DNA of 64,000 nt from Schmidtea nova. Its lineage: Eukaryota. The DNA lies in the NCBI GenBank assembly GCA_044892505.1, contig CM097884.1:133796001-133860000 (forward strand). Reading direction: 5' to 3'. The notes under the pieces were generated by a model. It saw only the letters and a program-made list of their open reading frames with translations, was not told the DNA's origin and made no database searches. The translations under genes were made by a program, and so were the position numbers. This document shows, piece by piece, positions 21,001 through 31,619 of this stretch (position 1 is its first letter; every line of letters begins with the position of its first letter).

Positions 21001-24000
21001 GGAGGATAAAATAATCTACGAAAACGAAAGACTAGGTAAATTAACCCCAATGATGGATATCGAATTGCCAATAGAAGGAGCAGAGAAAGATAAAGAGCCA
21101 ACCTGGAATATAGATAGTGAATTATTAAATGAGGATCAAAGGAAGCAGTTAGAAAAACTCCTGATAGAGTATAAGGATATATTTGCAGCATCCGATTTGG
21201 ATCTAGGAACATGTGATGTCACACTACATACAATACCATTAACAGATGAAACACCAATTGCATTAAGGCCGTACAAATTAGCGGAAGCACAGAAAGCAGT
21301 AGCAGAAGCAGAAGTGAAGAAAATGTTGGATGCAGAAGTAATCGAACCAAGTTGTTCACCCTGGCAATTTCCAGTGGTAATGGTAAAGAAAAAAGACGGA
21401 ACACAGAGATTCTGCATCGACTATCGAAGATTGAATACAGTGACAAAAAGAGATACCTACCCATTACCGGACATCAATGAAATGTTATTAACCTTACAGG
21501 GAGCAGCATATTTTACGTCGTTAGATCTGAAAAGCGGATATTGGCAAATAAAAATGAAGGAAGAAGATAAAGAGAAAACTGCCTTTACCATCGGGAGAGA
21601 TTTATATCAATTTCGGAAAATGCCATTTGGATTAACGAACGCACCAGCATCATTTCAGAGATGCATGAATTTCGTCACCCACGGAATAAAGCAGTGCATG
21701 GTCTACATCGACGACTTATTGATTTACTCTAGTACATTCAAACAACACATACATGATATTCGAGATGTATTCGTTAGGCTTAGACAATGGAAGTTAAAAC
21801 TCAAGCCATCAAAATGCGATTGGGCAAAAGAAAAGGTTACATTTTTAGGACATATAGTGTCAGCAAAAGGAAAAGAACCGGATCCTAGAAATATCGACAA
21901 GGTAAAAGAATGCCCAGTACCAAAAACAATAACCCAAATACAAGAATTTCTCGGATTATGCGGATATTATAGAAAGTTTATAAAAGATTACGCCGGAATC
22001 GCAAAACCTATACAGGAACTGGTAAAGAAAGATGTATCATTCATATGGGGGGATGAACAACAAACAGCTTTTGAAACATTGAGAGATAAACTGATAACCG
22101 CACCCATATTGGTACACCCAGACTTCAAGAAGCCATTCCTACTTGCAACGGATGCAAGCGGATATGCAGCAGGAGCAGTATTAGGACAATACGATGATGA
22201 AGGAAAAGAACGTGTAATCGGATATTATAGCCGGACATTCAAAAAGCATGAGAAAAATTATTCAGTGACAGAACGGGAAGCATTAGCAATTATATTAGCA
22301 ATTAAACATTTTAAATATTTATTATGGGGACACATCATCTGCATAACAACAGATCACCAACCGCTTGTATGGTTAGGACAGCATAAGGAAACCTCCAGTA
22401 GACTAATGCGATGGGCAATGCAGTTACAGGAGTACTCACCAGACATAAAATTTAAATCAGGAAGAGCGAATGCGAATGCGGATTGTATGTCAAGACTGAC
22501 ATTTCCAGAACTAACCGATCCTGATGTACAACGGATTTGTGTATTAATAGCAGAAGATCTAGATTTTAGTGAGTTAAAGAAAGATCAACAGGAAGACAAA
22601 GAATTGGGACAGATCATAGAGTTCCTAACGTCTCGAAATATGGAGGTATTCAAGGATAATAAGGAATTAAAGGAACACATAGGAAAATATCAACATCGCT
22701 ACATAATAAATAAAGGATGGTTGTTAATACAAGACGGGGAAAAGAGATTGATGTGTTTACCGGAAAACAGAAGGAAAGAGATAATGATCCAGTACCATGA
22801 TGGGAAATTAGGAGGTCATATGTCCGAGAAAAAGACAATAAACCGTATGAGACAAAAATATTATTGGCGAACAATGGAAGAAGATATAAAAGAATGGATT
22901 AAAAATTGCCTAACTTGCGCAACCAGAAAGGATAGTGGGAAGAAATGGAAAAACCCGCTACAACCAATGCCGATACCAGCAGAGCCAATGACAACTATAG
23001 CAATGGACGTAATAGGACCATTACCAGAAAGTTTAAACGGAAATATTTATATATTGGTAATAACGGATTATCTGACGAAATTCCCGGAAGCATTTGCCAT
23101 GCAAGACCAAAAAGCAAAAACCGTAGCAAAAATTCTAGTGGAAGAAATATGTTGCAGATACGGAACTCCAAAACAAATACTCACAGACCAAGGAACTAAT
23201 TTTATGAGTGAATTATTGAACGAGGTGACAAACTACTTCAGAATAGCAAAATTGAGAACTTCACCATATCACCCGCAAACGAATGGACAAACGGAGCGAT
23301 TCAACGGCACATTGATTAGAATGTTATCAAATTACGTCAGCAGACATCAAACTGATTGGGACGAATACATAAAATTATGTTTAATGGCATACCGAATGTC
23401 GATACATGCAGCAACAAAACTAAGCCCATTTCAACTTATGTATGGAAGAGAATGCAACATGCCCATAGATTTAGAGTATCAGCCACCATTATCGCAATAT
23501 ATGGAAGATGACGACTACGTAACCAAATTCAAAGAAAGGATGCAAGAAATATGGAAAACGGCAGAACTCAACATTAAATTTTATCAGGAAAGTTATAAGG
23601 ATTTACACGACCAGAAGAAAAATGTTAAAGCGAACGATCTAAAACCAGGAGATTGGGTGATAATAGAAACTCCCGAAATAATACCAGGAACTGTTAAGAA
23701 ACTCCAAAGACCTGGAAGAGGACCTTATGAAATTATATACAAAAAGGACAATAATGTCAAAGTTAAGCTAATAAATCGACCGTTAATACGACCCATATAT
23801 GTAAACACCTGCAGATGTAAGAAAGTGCCTAAAACGATAACTACCACACCAGAAAATCGAATAATAACCAGATCACAAACAGCCAGGATAAATATGCTCA
23901 GAGCTAATGCAACGGAAGACGACAAAGCAGAAATAAGGCAAAAAGAAATCAGAAATAAAGAAATCATATTGAAGGCGAGAGAGATAATGGGAAGATGGCA

Positions 24001-27000
24001 TGTTAAAGACGAAGTAGGCATATCAAGGGATATTAGACATATAATTAGCCGTTACGCACAAGGATTACCAACCGAACCAATTATTTCTGAATTATTGGAA
24101 AAAATCCCTGAAATACTCTTATTGAAAGATGTAGGAGGACAACCAGCCTTACACAATGCGATAGAGTGTAAAAACATTGAAAGAGCAAAAGAATTCCTAA
24201 AAATCGCAAAAGAAACAAACCAAAACTTGGACGTAGGGAATCGTGAACAAGAAACTCCATTAATGACAGCCGCAATCCACCAAGCAGATAAAGAAATGGT
24301 AGATTTATTGATAAAAGCCCATTTCAGTTGGACAGAACGAGATAGAGAGGACAAAACAGTGCTAAATCACGTAATATGGAGTTCTCACCAACCAATGCTG
24401 AAATACATAATAGCTAACTCCACTTGGGAGATAGACGAACTAGTTAAAGGAGACATTATCAAAGAGGCAATCAAAATTGGTAAATGCAACACGATCCGTA
24501 AGTTAGTCAAATGGAAACGACCAGAAGATGATACATGGGTCTTAGACATAAACGAAGTATACAGCGAAGGACAAAACGCACTGTTAAGATACCTTTTGAA
24601 ATTTACTTGTGATCAGAAGACATTACTAACCTTATTAGACAGAGGAAACATAAACATCACAAAGAATGAAGAAGAACATCAATTCGATAAAGAAAAGAAT
24701 GCCTTATTCAACAAGATTAGGAAATGGTGTGCGAAACCACTTGATAAACTAATAACATACAAAGACATAAACAATTTTAACGAGAAATACCAAACGATAG
24801 TAAGCGAATATGAGGAATTAGTAAAAATCTTAAACCATCCCGAAAAATGCAAACAGGTTTTGGAGAAAAAAGAAAGAGAAAGTAACAAGAAACTCACACC
24901 ACTCTTTAAAGCAGAAGCACCATACCAAGCTAGACTAGATGCGATACAAAAAAAAGCAAAAGAATTGTTACCGGAATTCGAGAATAGCAAACATGCACTG
25001 GAAATACTCGGCGCATTAGTTGAAAAAGTACACGCATACGCAAAAGGAACATACAATGGTAACGATATAACGACTATAAAAAAGGAGATGCCAGTAACAT
25101 TTTTACTACCAAAGGACGGAATAATGCCCATACATAGAGCTTTACGAAATGGCAAAGATAGAAAAGTAATGGAAATTGCAAGAGTAATGCTAAATTGCGG
25201 AAGCAATATGAATATGATAGACGAGAAAGGAGATACACTTATGGTATTTGCAGCAAGGGCCAAAACGAAAACAAAGGTATTAGAGGAACTATACAAAGCA
25301 GGTGCAGGACTTACAGGTAAAACAGATAAAGATAATTCAATATTGGATGTAGCATTACTAACACATAATTGGGAAATGGTCAACTTCATTAAAACCATCT
25401 CAAATCAGGAAGAAATAGAATACCTAACTAAAACAATTAAGAAACCCAGTTTACTGACAATGATGCACAATGCCGAACTAACAGAATCAATACTTACGTG
25501 GATAAATCCTAATACCAACGAACCAGCATTCAAGATTAATGAGTTTACAGAACATAACCAAAACTGGTGTATAAGAAGTGCCTTAATAACGTATAAATGG
25601 CCCGAGATATTGAAGATGTTTATGGAAAGAAAGGATCTAAGAATCACAACCAGCCCGAAAGAAGAAAAATACACAGGCAAATGGAAAGAATTGATGAAGA
25701 CATACATCAACAATTGGATCAAGGCCAAAAAGGAAATCTTGGAATATAAATCCACTAACAAAGTAATACCGGAGCAGGTAGAAACACAAGAATTTGAGGC
25801 AAGTAACCTAACGACATTAGCATATGCAAAATTGATAGAAGAAATCAATGTCGAGGACGACATTTTCGACGAGCCAGGGGGAGATGACAATACAGATAGT
25901 GACGACGGTAACAACTCAGAAAATTCAAACGATCACGAACCACCCGATAAAGAGGAAAACGAGAGAAAAGACAAGAAACGAGACAAGGAAGAAAAGGAAA
26001 GTGAAGACGAAAAACAAAGAGATGAAGATGGAGAACAAGGAAAAAACGACCAAGGAGATAAAAATGACACCCAAAGAACAAGTTATAAATCAACCATAAA
26101 ACCATTCTTCAAACCAGAATTACTATTATTAACAGTGATTTTAACGTTAATTAACCCAAGTCAAGGAATGACATGTGAAGAAAGGGCAATAATACAAATA
26201 AAAAACGCAAAAGGAATCGAACGAGTATGTTGGTCAAAAAAGGACAAAATCACGGAACAAAATAGCCCGATGGATTGCAGAATCTCAAAACACGAGCAAG
26301 AGATCATAGAGATCAACGACCTAGATCTAGACACCTGGTACAAAATATGCACCGTTAGGAAACAAAAACATCCAAGATCACACAACACAATCGCATGTGC
26401 AAAATACCAAACACCTAAAGTAGCCATGACAATACAACAGTCACCCAAAGGAGATTACATCCTCGGAAAATGTGGAAGAACAGAGACACAAGGAACAGAA
26501 AACAAAAAACCCCAGGCAATAGATAAGCAAACAACACCAACCCTACGAATTACAATAGAGAGGCCCGAAACAAGAATTGCCACAAACGAAACCGAAAGAG
26601 TGTCTTACCAAATGGAAGTATTATGCTTAGCACTCATACTAATAATAATAAAACGATTAGAGGAAGGAATAGAAATTGAAACTATGACAATAACAGAAGT
26701 GGAGGATACACAGAACACTAACATAAAATGTTGGGCGAGGAATGACGAAGAAATCGGCGTAAACGAAATAAGGAAAAGTCGAAAGCCAACAACAAACAAA
26801 GTAATTAAAGTATCCGAAATAAGAGCAGACAAGATGTACAAACTATGCCTACTTGAAAAAGAGAGGAACAAGAAAGGTACCACAAAATGTAAAACATTCC
26901 AACCTGGAGAGGTAATAAAGTTCAGAAGGAGAACGAGGAAGAGAAATAAACAAATCAAGCAGAAACTAAACATAACATTAGAAATAAAAGAAATAGAACC

Positions 27001-29557
27001 AAATGTGAAAGGAGTATGCTGGAGGAAGTACGAAAAAGAAACGAATGAAAGAAAGACACCACAATGTCGAACAAGCACAGGAGCAACGACGATACAAATA
27101 AAAGGTTTAGAAAGTAAACAAACTTACGAAATATGTCTGGTAAAGAAAAATGATCAGATAACGATAAACGACCTAGAATGCGGAATATACACCACTTCAT
27201 CCGGAACCAGAACTAAAACGTTAACACGAAAAAATAAAAGAAGACAACGAAACAAAGGGAAACCGAAGTACACCACTACCTTTAAAAACAATAAACAACC
27301 GATAAGCCAGGAAGTTACGACAAAACCCGAGAGAAAGACATCAGCAACTCTAACATTATGGAAAATAGAGAATAAAACACTAGAAATATGTTGGATAATA
27401 GTTCAGAAACATATAAGAAGACAATCAAGAGAGTGCAGGAAAACAAATAAAGAAATCAAGATCGAAAAACTACAATTTAATAGCGAGTATGAAGTATGTA
27501 CAATAGAAAAAATGGACACACTAGGAAACCAACAAGAAAGATGCGAAACCTACTATACACCAGCAAACGCGACATCAAAAGGAGTAGCAAGGAAACTCGA
27601 ATTCAAAGAACTAAGCCAAACGAATGAACAAATGGACGCAGAAAAAACAATAACCGACCCTCAAGCAAAATGGACACCCGAAGAAGTTATCAAGGAAGTC
27701 AAAAGAAAGCAAGAGGAACGGGAACAATTAATGAGAAAACTAAAGGGACAATACGGAATAATGTTCAACCAAAGCGAACCTATACAAACAGACGAGAATA
27801 AAGAAATTAAAGAACTAATCGGCTTAGGAATATTAACAGCAACCATACCAGTAATAATCGCGTTATCAGCTATATGGATACGCAAGATGAGCCCAAGAAA
27901 ATCAACAACCCAATGGCTAAATATAGATAATACAAGCCATGGAGTAGAAATACTAGAAGAAAAAGCACGAGAAGAACCAAATAAGAAAGAAGCGAAAAGC
28001 GGAAAACTAGGAATAAACAACAAAGACAAGGAAATAAAAGAGATTAAAGGCGAAGAGAAAAAATATGAAAGGCGAACCAGAAGCCTACCGCAGAGTTCAA
28101 AATGGTTGAGTCTAACAATAATATTGACATTAATCAATAGGGAAGAAGCAACAAACCTACAAGCAGGGATAAAAATAGTAAATGTCCAGGAGGTCGAGAA
28201 AATATGCTGGAATAGAGAGGATGAACCAATTGGGAAAGATAACCCACTAAAATGTATAATCAGAAAATCCGACCAGGATATAGTACGAATAGAAGGGATG
28301 GACAGAGGAATCATACATAGGATATGCATAATAGGAAAGGAAAAGAAGTCGGGGCTACCTAAGACAGTCGTATGTCAAAAATACGAAACGCCTGGACTCG
28401 AATGGTATAGAGTAAAACCAACAAAGAAAGAAATCAAAAACACCATAGATCAACCAGCAACTCAGATAAGAAACACAACGGATAAACCAGGAGAAGGAGA
28501 GAAAAGCACCAATAAAACGAGAGAAAGAATATTACCCCAACAGGAGTGCGTATGCATAGCATTAATACTAGCAATGTCCAAACGTATCGATAAAGGAATA
28601 ATAATAGAACAAATGGCCATAACAATAAGGAAAACAAGTAGCAACAAACTATGCTGGGGAACATACAACGAACCAAGGAAGGAATACCAAGTTCAGACAA
28701 GCGACGAATCACGAACAAACAAGGAAATCGAAATACAAGAAATACAAATGAATGAAGAAGGAAGTATATGTATCTGGGAGAGAGGAATCCAAGAGGGAAT
28801 AGAGCATTGCAAGACATTCCAAAAAGGAGAGATACTGAAATTCGATGAAGAAGAATTAACAAAAACAGAAAGAACTCTGACATTAACAGGACTCGATCAG
28901 ACAGTTAAAGGAATATGTTGGACAAAGCATAACCCAGAAGGGGAAGAAGACAACCTAACCCACTGTAAAGAAATAAAGAATAAAGAAAAAATCGAATTAA
29001 GGAAAATGGAAGTAAATAAGACATACGCGATATGTACCTTCACTAGAAAAGGTTCAGAAAAACCAGAATGCGGATTATATCAGATCTCAGAGAAACTACA
29101 ACAACAGATCGAACCAGGAAACGTGGAAAACCGAACAAAAGAAAATAACGTCAAACAACTACTAAATCGCCATTGGTCTACACAAGAAGTAATGAACAAA
29201 GTCAAGAATCAAGTACAGAAGGAGAAGAAGCCAGAGGCTCAAACCCAAAATGAGATAAAAGCGAATCAGAATAAAATCAAAGCAACAAACCGTGGAAAAA
29301 CAGTAATAGGATTAATCAGTATAGGAATATTAATAGCATATGGGATAATGACGACAAGCATAATAAAATATTGGAGATACAGAAAGAGAAACAAAGCGAC
29401 AGCCATACAATGGCCAGATATTAAAATTATGAAGCAAAGAATAGAAATACCAGAAGAGATACAGCAAGAATTCCAAAGAAGAACGAAAGGTAAAGAATTC
29501 TGGAAACAAATAGAAGACGAAGAACGATACGAGGAAAAGACGATAATGATGGTATAG
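18041..29557 (+). CDS. pol: Unit 1 Env-Pol-accessory polyprotein (3838 aa)
   Basis: Signal peptide plus glycoprotein (18041 to about 19956), protease DTG at 20489, RT YIDD at 21704, RNase H (LATDASG at about 22142), integrase (about 22796-23830), ankyrin repeats (about 24127-25390) and FN3-like modules (about 26117-29373). Confidence 0.9.
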   Translation: MNLSSIIIMMLIWMISTDSATAFEVFDCDQMKLGEKYSLRGTEQCKDATPVELQKIKKEQWYHVYQEAELIKTMVNECKVQKTRFAFYCGRGHYSAIVMPGTEREPIVLQGEDCEALFKHGEVTTRDKIKIRGKPGMMMQQTYYVAGRITGGEGYCQGETYPIFGVPATNLVVMDTYIVELKSYEAFFEPTTGEMKTLSMCKIDRSMCQTGMSTLVYKPKVNECQLQLLQGAKFDEIQGKTFQEEDDDDKDRAKHLKEALENKRQLKPDHREKRIEMRATPTVLITTNQDVGMRFIKGKATLKCSTTVYETNYPGIYVSKQEVPNAKPKIDTMDIKLHLYVNNKMDFLFHRGQASLQKVYYDLINNDCILNREILKTKLAVAITNPDRAMPLLPLREGHFGRVVGEAMYVYICEKTHASLAATTQLKPGTCTNELEIDYKGKVRYVQPVTRIINPPGFEPNPFNCSNAYGPLYQKPDGRWVMFPGRSEVIAPREFELMQLSKDRQFSDVDVSNNGIYSPKDLEAARQNILFPARREALLSNIVTITGGTNYREGPNYELLLSPAHFKKATENMMKAMWGRFLIFGQMMAGILGVILIIQIVRVIITQMLACFDIYKREKKVNWKMVVGFLPFLAKTMVLHGHSKDIHRIKRLLKILAKMKGTDEEVGRKFKKIMNDEQARQQLKRERKGLWERMKGYKTQNDSSDDDDDDDDYKGGQVYKNQAPQYIEKNPADAWKCYAPPPTMYQEPLQGGKNSTMQMMPMTNVYPMIPEDYKMRRCRSVDPQGDTHTIAVMSSNTGPVLTTTIEINGREIEAMIDTGANISAIDIKWIPQEQRREIERTNVHVIACSKEVVEVAGRWWVKIRHLNTEIDTYVAVIPALSVPCIIGTDLMPALFKEIVIDLGTMRLKDRTGQICAIEAKVTSSKQMIIPARKEKICYVKIDPTIQGDMIFEPSKRFEKRKALPMARGLVNINDNGEIPINMVNFDEEDKIIYENERLGKLTPMMDIELPIEGAEKDKEPTWNIDSELLNEDQRKQLEKLLIEYKDIFAASDLDLGTCDVTLHTIPLTDETPIALRPYKLAEAQKAVAEAEVKKMLDAEVIEPSCSPWQFPVVMVKKKDGTQRFCIDYRRLNTVTKRDTYPLPDINEMLLTLQGAAYFTSLDLKSGYWQIKMKEEDKEKTAFTIGRDLYQFRKMPFGLTNAPASFQRCMNFVTHGIKQCMVYIDDLLIYSSTFKQHIHDIRDVFVRLRQWKLKLKPSKCDWAKEKVTFLGHIVSAKGKEPDPRNIDKVKECPVPKTITQIQEFLGLCGYYRKFIKDYAGIAKPIQELVKKDVSFIWGDEQQTAFETLRDKLITAPILVHPDFKKPFLLATDASGYAAGAVLGQYDDEGKERVIGYYSRTFKKHEKNYSVTEREALAIILAIKHFKYLLWGHIICITTDHQPLVWLGQHKETSSRLMRWAMQLQEYSPDIKFKSGRANANADCMSRLTFPELTDPDVQRICVLIAEDLDFSELKKDQQEDKELGQIIEFLTSRNMEVFKDNKELKEHIGKYQHRYIINKGWLLIQDGEKRLMCLPENRRKEIMIQYHDGKLGGHMSEKKTINRMRQKYYWRTMEEDIKEWIKNCLTCATRKDSGKKWKNPLQPMPIPAEPMTTIAMDVIGPLPESLNGNIYILVITDYLTKFPEAFAMQDQKAKTVAKILVEEICCRYGTPKQILTDQGTNFMSELLNEVTNYFRIAKLRTSPYHPQTNGQTERFNGTLIRMLSNYVSRHQTDWDEYIKLCLMAYRMSIHAATKLSPFQLMYGRECNMPIDLEYQPPLSQYMEDDDYVTKFKERMQEIWKTAELNIKFYQESYKDLHDQKKNVKANDLKPGDWVIIETPEIIPGTVKKLQRPGRGPYEIIYKKDNNVKVKLINRPLIRPIYVNTCRCKKVPKTITTTPENRIITRSQTARINMLRANATEDDKAEIRQKEIRNKEIILKAREIMGRWHVKDEVGISRDIRHIISRYAQGLPTEPIISELLEKIPEILLLKDVGGQPALHNAIECKNIERAKEFLKIAKETNQNLDVGNREQETPLMTAAIHQADKEMVDLLIKAHFSWTERDREDKTVLNHVIWSSHQPMLKYIIANSTWEIDELVKGDIIKEAIKIGKCNTIRKLVKWKRPEDDTWVLDINEVYSEGQNALLRYLLKFTCDQKTLLTLLDRGNINITKNEEEHQFDKEKNALFNKIRKWCAKPLDKLITYKDINNFNEKYQTIVSEYEELVKILNHPEKCKQVLEKKERESNKKLTPLFKAEAPYQARLDAIQKKAKELLPEFENSKHALEILGALVEKVHAYAKGTYNGNDITTIKKEMPVTFLLPKDGIMPIHRALRNGKDRKVMEIARVMLNCGSNMNMIDEKGDTLMVFAARAKTKTKVLEELYKAGAGLTGKTDKDNSILDVALLTHNWEMVNFIKTISNQEEIEYLTKTIKKPSLLTMMHNAELTESILTWINPNTNEPAFKINEFTEHNQNWCIRSALITYKWPEILKMFMERKDLRITTSPKEEKYTGKWKELMKTYINNWIKAKKEILEYKSTNKVIPEQVETQEFEASNLTTLAYAKLIEEINVEDDIFDEPGGDDNTDSDDGNNSENSNDHEPPDKEENERKDKKRDKEEKESEDEKQRDEDGEQGKNDQGDKNDTQRTSYKSTIKPFFKPELLLLTVILTLINPSQGMTCEERAIIQIKNAKGIERVCWSKKDKITEQNSPMDCRISKHEQEIIEINDLDLDTWYKICTVRKQKHPRSHNTIACAKYQTPKVAMTIQQSPKGDYILGKCGRTETQGTENKKPQAIDKQTTPTLRITIERPETRIATNETERVSYQMEVLCLALILIIIKRLEEGIEIETMTITEVEDTQNTNIKCWARNDEEIGVNEIRKSRKPTTNKVIKVSEIRADKMYKLCLLEKERNKKGTTKCKTFQPGEVIKFRRRTRKRNKQIKQKLNITLEIKEIEPNVKGVCWRKYEKETNERKTPQCRTSTGATTIQIKGLESKQTYEICLVKKNDQITINDLECGIYTTSSGTRTKTLTRKNKRRQRNKGKPKYTTTFKNNKQPISQEVTTKPERKTSATLTLWKIENKTLEICWIIVQKHIRRQSRECRKTNKEIKIEKLQFNSEYEVCTIEKMDTLGNQQERCETYYTPANATSKGVARKLEFKELSQTNEQMDAEKTITDPQAKWTPEEVIKEVKRKQEEREQLMRKLKGQYGIMFNQSEPIQTDENKEIKELIGLGILTATIPVIIALSAIWIRKMSPRKSTTQWLNIDNTSHGVEILEEKAREEPNKKEAKSGKLGINNKDKEIKEIKGEEKKYERRTRSLPQSSKWLSLTIILTLINREEATNLQAGIKIVNVQEVEKICWNREDEPIGKDNPLKCIIRKSDQDIVRIEGMDRGIIHRICIIGKEKKSGLPKTVVCQKYETPGLEWYRVKPTKKEIKNTIDQPATQIRNTTDKPGEGEKSTNKTRERILPQQECVCIALILAMSKRIDKGIIIEQMAITIRKTSSNKLCWGTYNEPRKEYQVQTSDESRTNKEIEIQEIQMNEEGSICIWERGIQEGIEHCKTFQKGEILKFDEEELTKTERTLTLTGLDQTVKGICWTKHNPEGEEDNLTHCKEIKNKEKIELRKMEVNKTYAICTFTRKGSEKPECGLYQISEKLQQQIEPGNVENRTKENNVKQLLNRHWSTQEVMNKVKNQVQKEKKPEAQTQNEIKANQNKIKATNRGKTVIGLISIGILIAYGIMTTSIIKYWRYRKRNKATAIQWPDIKIMKQRIEIPEEIQQEFQRRTKGKEFWKQIEDEERYEEKTIMMV

Positions 29558-29681
29558 GGGCGGATTATGACTGTAAATAATAGTGTAAATAACAAAGCAT
29601 TACCGTAATAGTATGGGTATCGATATTATAAAAATTGTAAAAAGCTAGAAAAACAAAGTAAATGATGTATATAATTTAGAA

Positions 29682-30038
29682 ATGACCGAACAGGACGAAA
29701 CAACTGAAATAACTATGGCTATGAGATGGAAGGCACAATGTGATTTATTAGTACGAACAGTCAACTCATTACAGAACCAATTAGCGGAAAGACAAATGTT
29801 ATTATCAGAAAGTTATAACAACTGTTTTGAACAATTACACAGAATAGAAGAACAACAAAGAGCGATAACTGAACTCACCAGAGAAAATCAAACGATAAGC
29901 AACACCAATCAAAGACAAGCAATAGAAATAAACCATTTAACACGAGGAGAAAGAGAAGGATCCGAAGAAGGATGGATGAGTTGGGTAATAAATAGATTAA
30001 ACAACGAAGCGGAACCAGATTCAACGAATGAGCCATAG
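29682..30038 (+). CDS. Hypothetical coiled-coil protein (118 aa); copy at 56414-56770
   Basis: ATG ORF rich in Q/E/L with heptad character; same A-rich codon style as the element. Confidence 0.6.
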   Translation: MTEQDETTEITMAMRWKAQCDLLVRTVNSLQNQLAERQMLLSESYNNCFEQLHRIEEQQRAITELTRENQTISNTNQRQAIEINHLTRGEREGSEEGWMSWVINRLNNEAEPDSTNEP

Positions 30039-30131
30039 ATAAATAAAGCGGAAAACTGTAAATATGTAAAAATAAAAACAAGAAAAATCAAAAAATAAAT
30101 GACAAGTCGAATGTATATATTATTGTAGAAA

Positions 30132-31508
30132 ATGGACAGAGAAGAACGAATAATCGAAATTTTGAGACTAGAAAACAGAAAATGGAGCAAGAGACTCACA
30201 TGCGGAAAATGTAATAATTTATTGCGAGAACCCAGACAAACGATATGTGGATGTAGAATATGTACAAAATGTATACAAGAATTAGAGGCAACAGGAATAA
30301 CAACATGTCCAGAATGTAAAGAGGGAAGAATAGTGTTGGACGAAACTAGAACGGACAAAGCAACCCAAAGAGAAATTATGAGCACCACAACGGAGTGCGT
30401 AAATACACCTTGTACATGGCAAGGACAAATAAGCAATCTAGTGAATCATATGGGAAAATGCGAGGAAAAGAGAGCCGAATGTGAGAAATGCCAACAGACA
30501 ATAACTCTAAAGAAGAGAGAACAACACAAGGAAGAATGTAAAGAAGAAGAAATCGCATGCGAGTATTGTGAAACTCGAGAAACGAGGAGAAAAATCGAAG
30601 AAGAACATTTGAATATAACAGAGGAGAAAGTATGCGGACAATATGCAAGTAAATGTCCAAACGATTGTGAAATAACAGAAGAAATAAAGTTACATGAACA
30701 TTGGAAAGTATGTACCGAAAGGCCAAGAGAATGCCCATATAACAAGCATGGATGCAAGGAAAAGCGGACGCGACAAACAATGAACAAACATCTAGAAGAA
30801 GCAGCACTTACGCATGTGGAAATGACAAACGAAACGACAAGAGAAACGGAACAGACAATCCAGAAATTAGGAAAAGAAGTAGAATCACATAAGATAATGA
30901 TGAGTTTACTACTAGAAACAAGAGAGCAGTTTGAACTAACTCGCGAAAGAATGGAAAAGAAAATAATAGCCATAGAAGAATTAGGAAAAGGAATGAAAAT
31001 ACAATATAATCAATTAATACGAGAAATTGACGAAAGAAGGGACTTACCAATCGCACCTTACCTATGGAAAGTAACAGATTTCAGAGACAAACTAGCAGAA
31101 GCCAGAAATATGACGAAAACAGCAGTAATAAGCCCACCATTTTATTTATGGAAAAACGGGGTTAAAATAAGATTGAAAGTATACCCAAATGGAGACGGAA
31201 GAGGACAAGGAACACACGTGTCAATATTCTTCTCACTATGTAAAGGAGAATACGATGACCTAATAGAATGGCCCTTGAAAGTAGGAGTCATTATAAGAAT
31301 CAAAAGTATGGGAAAACCAGTAGAAAAATTCTTTGAAACAGACAAACATACGAGTACAAGTGAAAAACCAACAACGGAATGCGGACTAGCAGCAGGAGAA
31401 CCAATGTTTATAAGGAAGGAAAACCTATGGGAACGACTATATGCAGACACGCTATACATAGAGATGGAGAGGCATGAGAAAACGGATAAAAAAGGATGGT
31501 TGGCGTAA
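30132..31508 (+). CDS. TRAF: TRAF-family protein (RING, TRAF zinc fingers, coiled coil, MATH), 458 aa, intronless
   Basis: RING CGKC…CGCRICTKC…CPEC, zinc fingers (CVNTPCTW…HMGKC, CPYNKHGC…H) and MATH YLWKVTDF…SPPFY…KVYPNGDGRGQGTHVSIFFSLCKGEYDDLIEWP. Confidence 0.92.
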   Translation: MDREERIIEILRLENRKWSKRLTCGKCNNLLREPRQTICGCRICTKCIQELEATGITTCPECKEGRIVLDETRTDKATQREIMSTTTECVNTPCTWQGQISNLVNHMGKCEEKRAECEKCQQTITLKKREQHKEECKEEEIACEYCETRETRRKIEEEHLNITEEKVCGQYASKCPNDCEITEEIKLHEHWKVCTERPRECPYNKHGCKEKRTRQTMNKHLEEAALTHVEMTNETTRETEQTIQKLGKEVESHKIMMSLLLETREQFELTRERMEKKIIAIEELGKGMKIQYNQLIREIDERRDLPIAPYLWKVTDFRDKLAEARNMTKTAVISPPFYLWKNGVKIRLKVYPNGDGRGQGTHVSIFFSLCKGEYDDLIEWPLKVGVIIRIKSMGKPVEKFFETDKHTSTSEKPTTECGLAAGEPMFIRKENLWERLYADTLYIEMERHEKTDKKGWLA

Positions 31509-31619
31509 TGAAGGAAATAACCATGTAAATAAAATGTAGAAACAATATGAAATAACAAATAATCAAAAACAATAAAAATAAAAACTGATTAAATATTCTC
31601 TTTATCTGTAATTATAGAA

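Noticed and set aside
23640-23900. Chromodomain after integrase
   Set aside because: A GPY/F-like motif is present, but no chromodomain aromatic-cage pattern; ankyrins follow instead.
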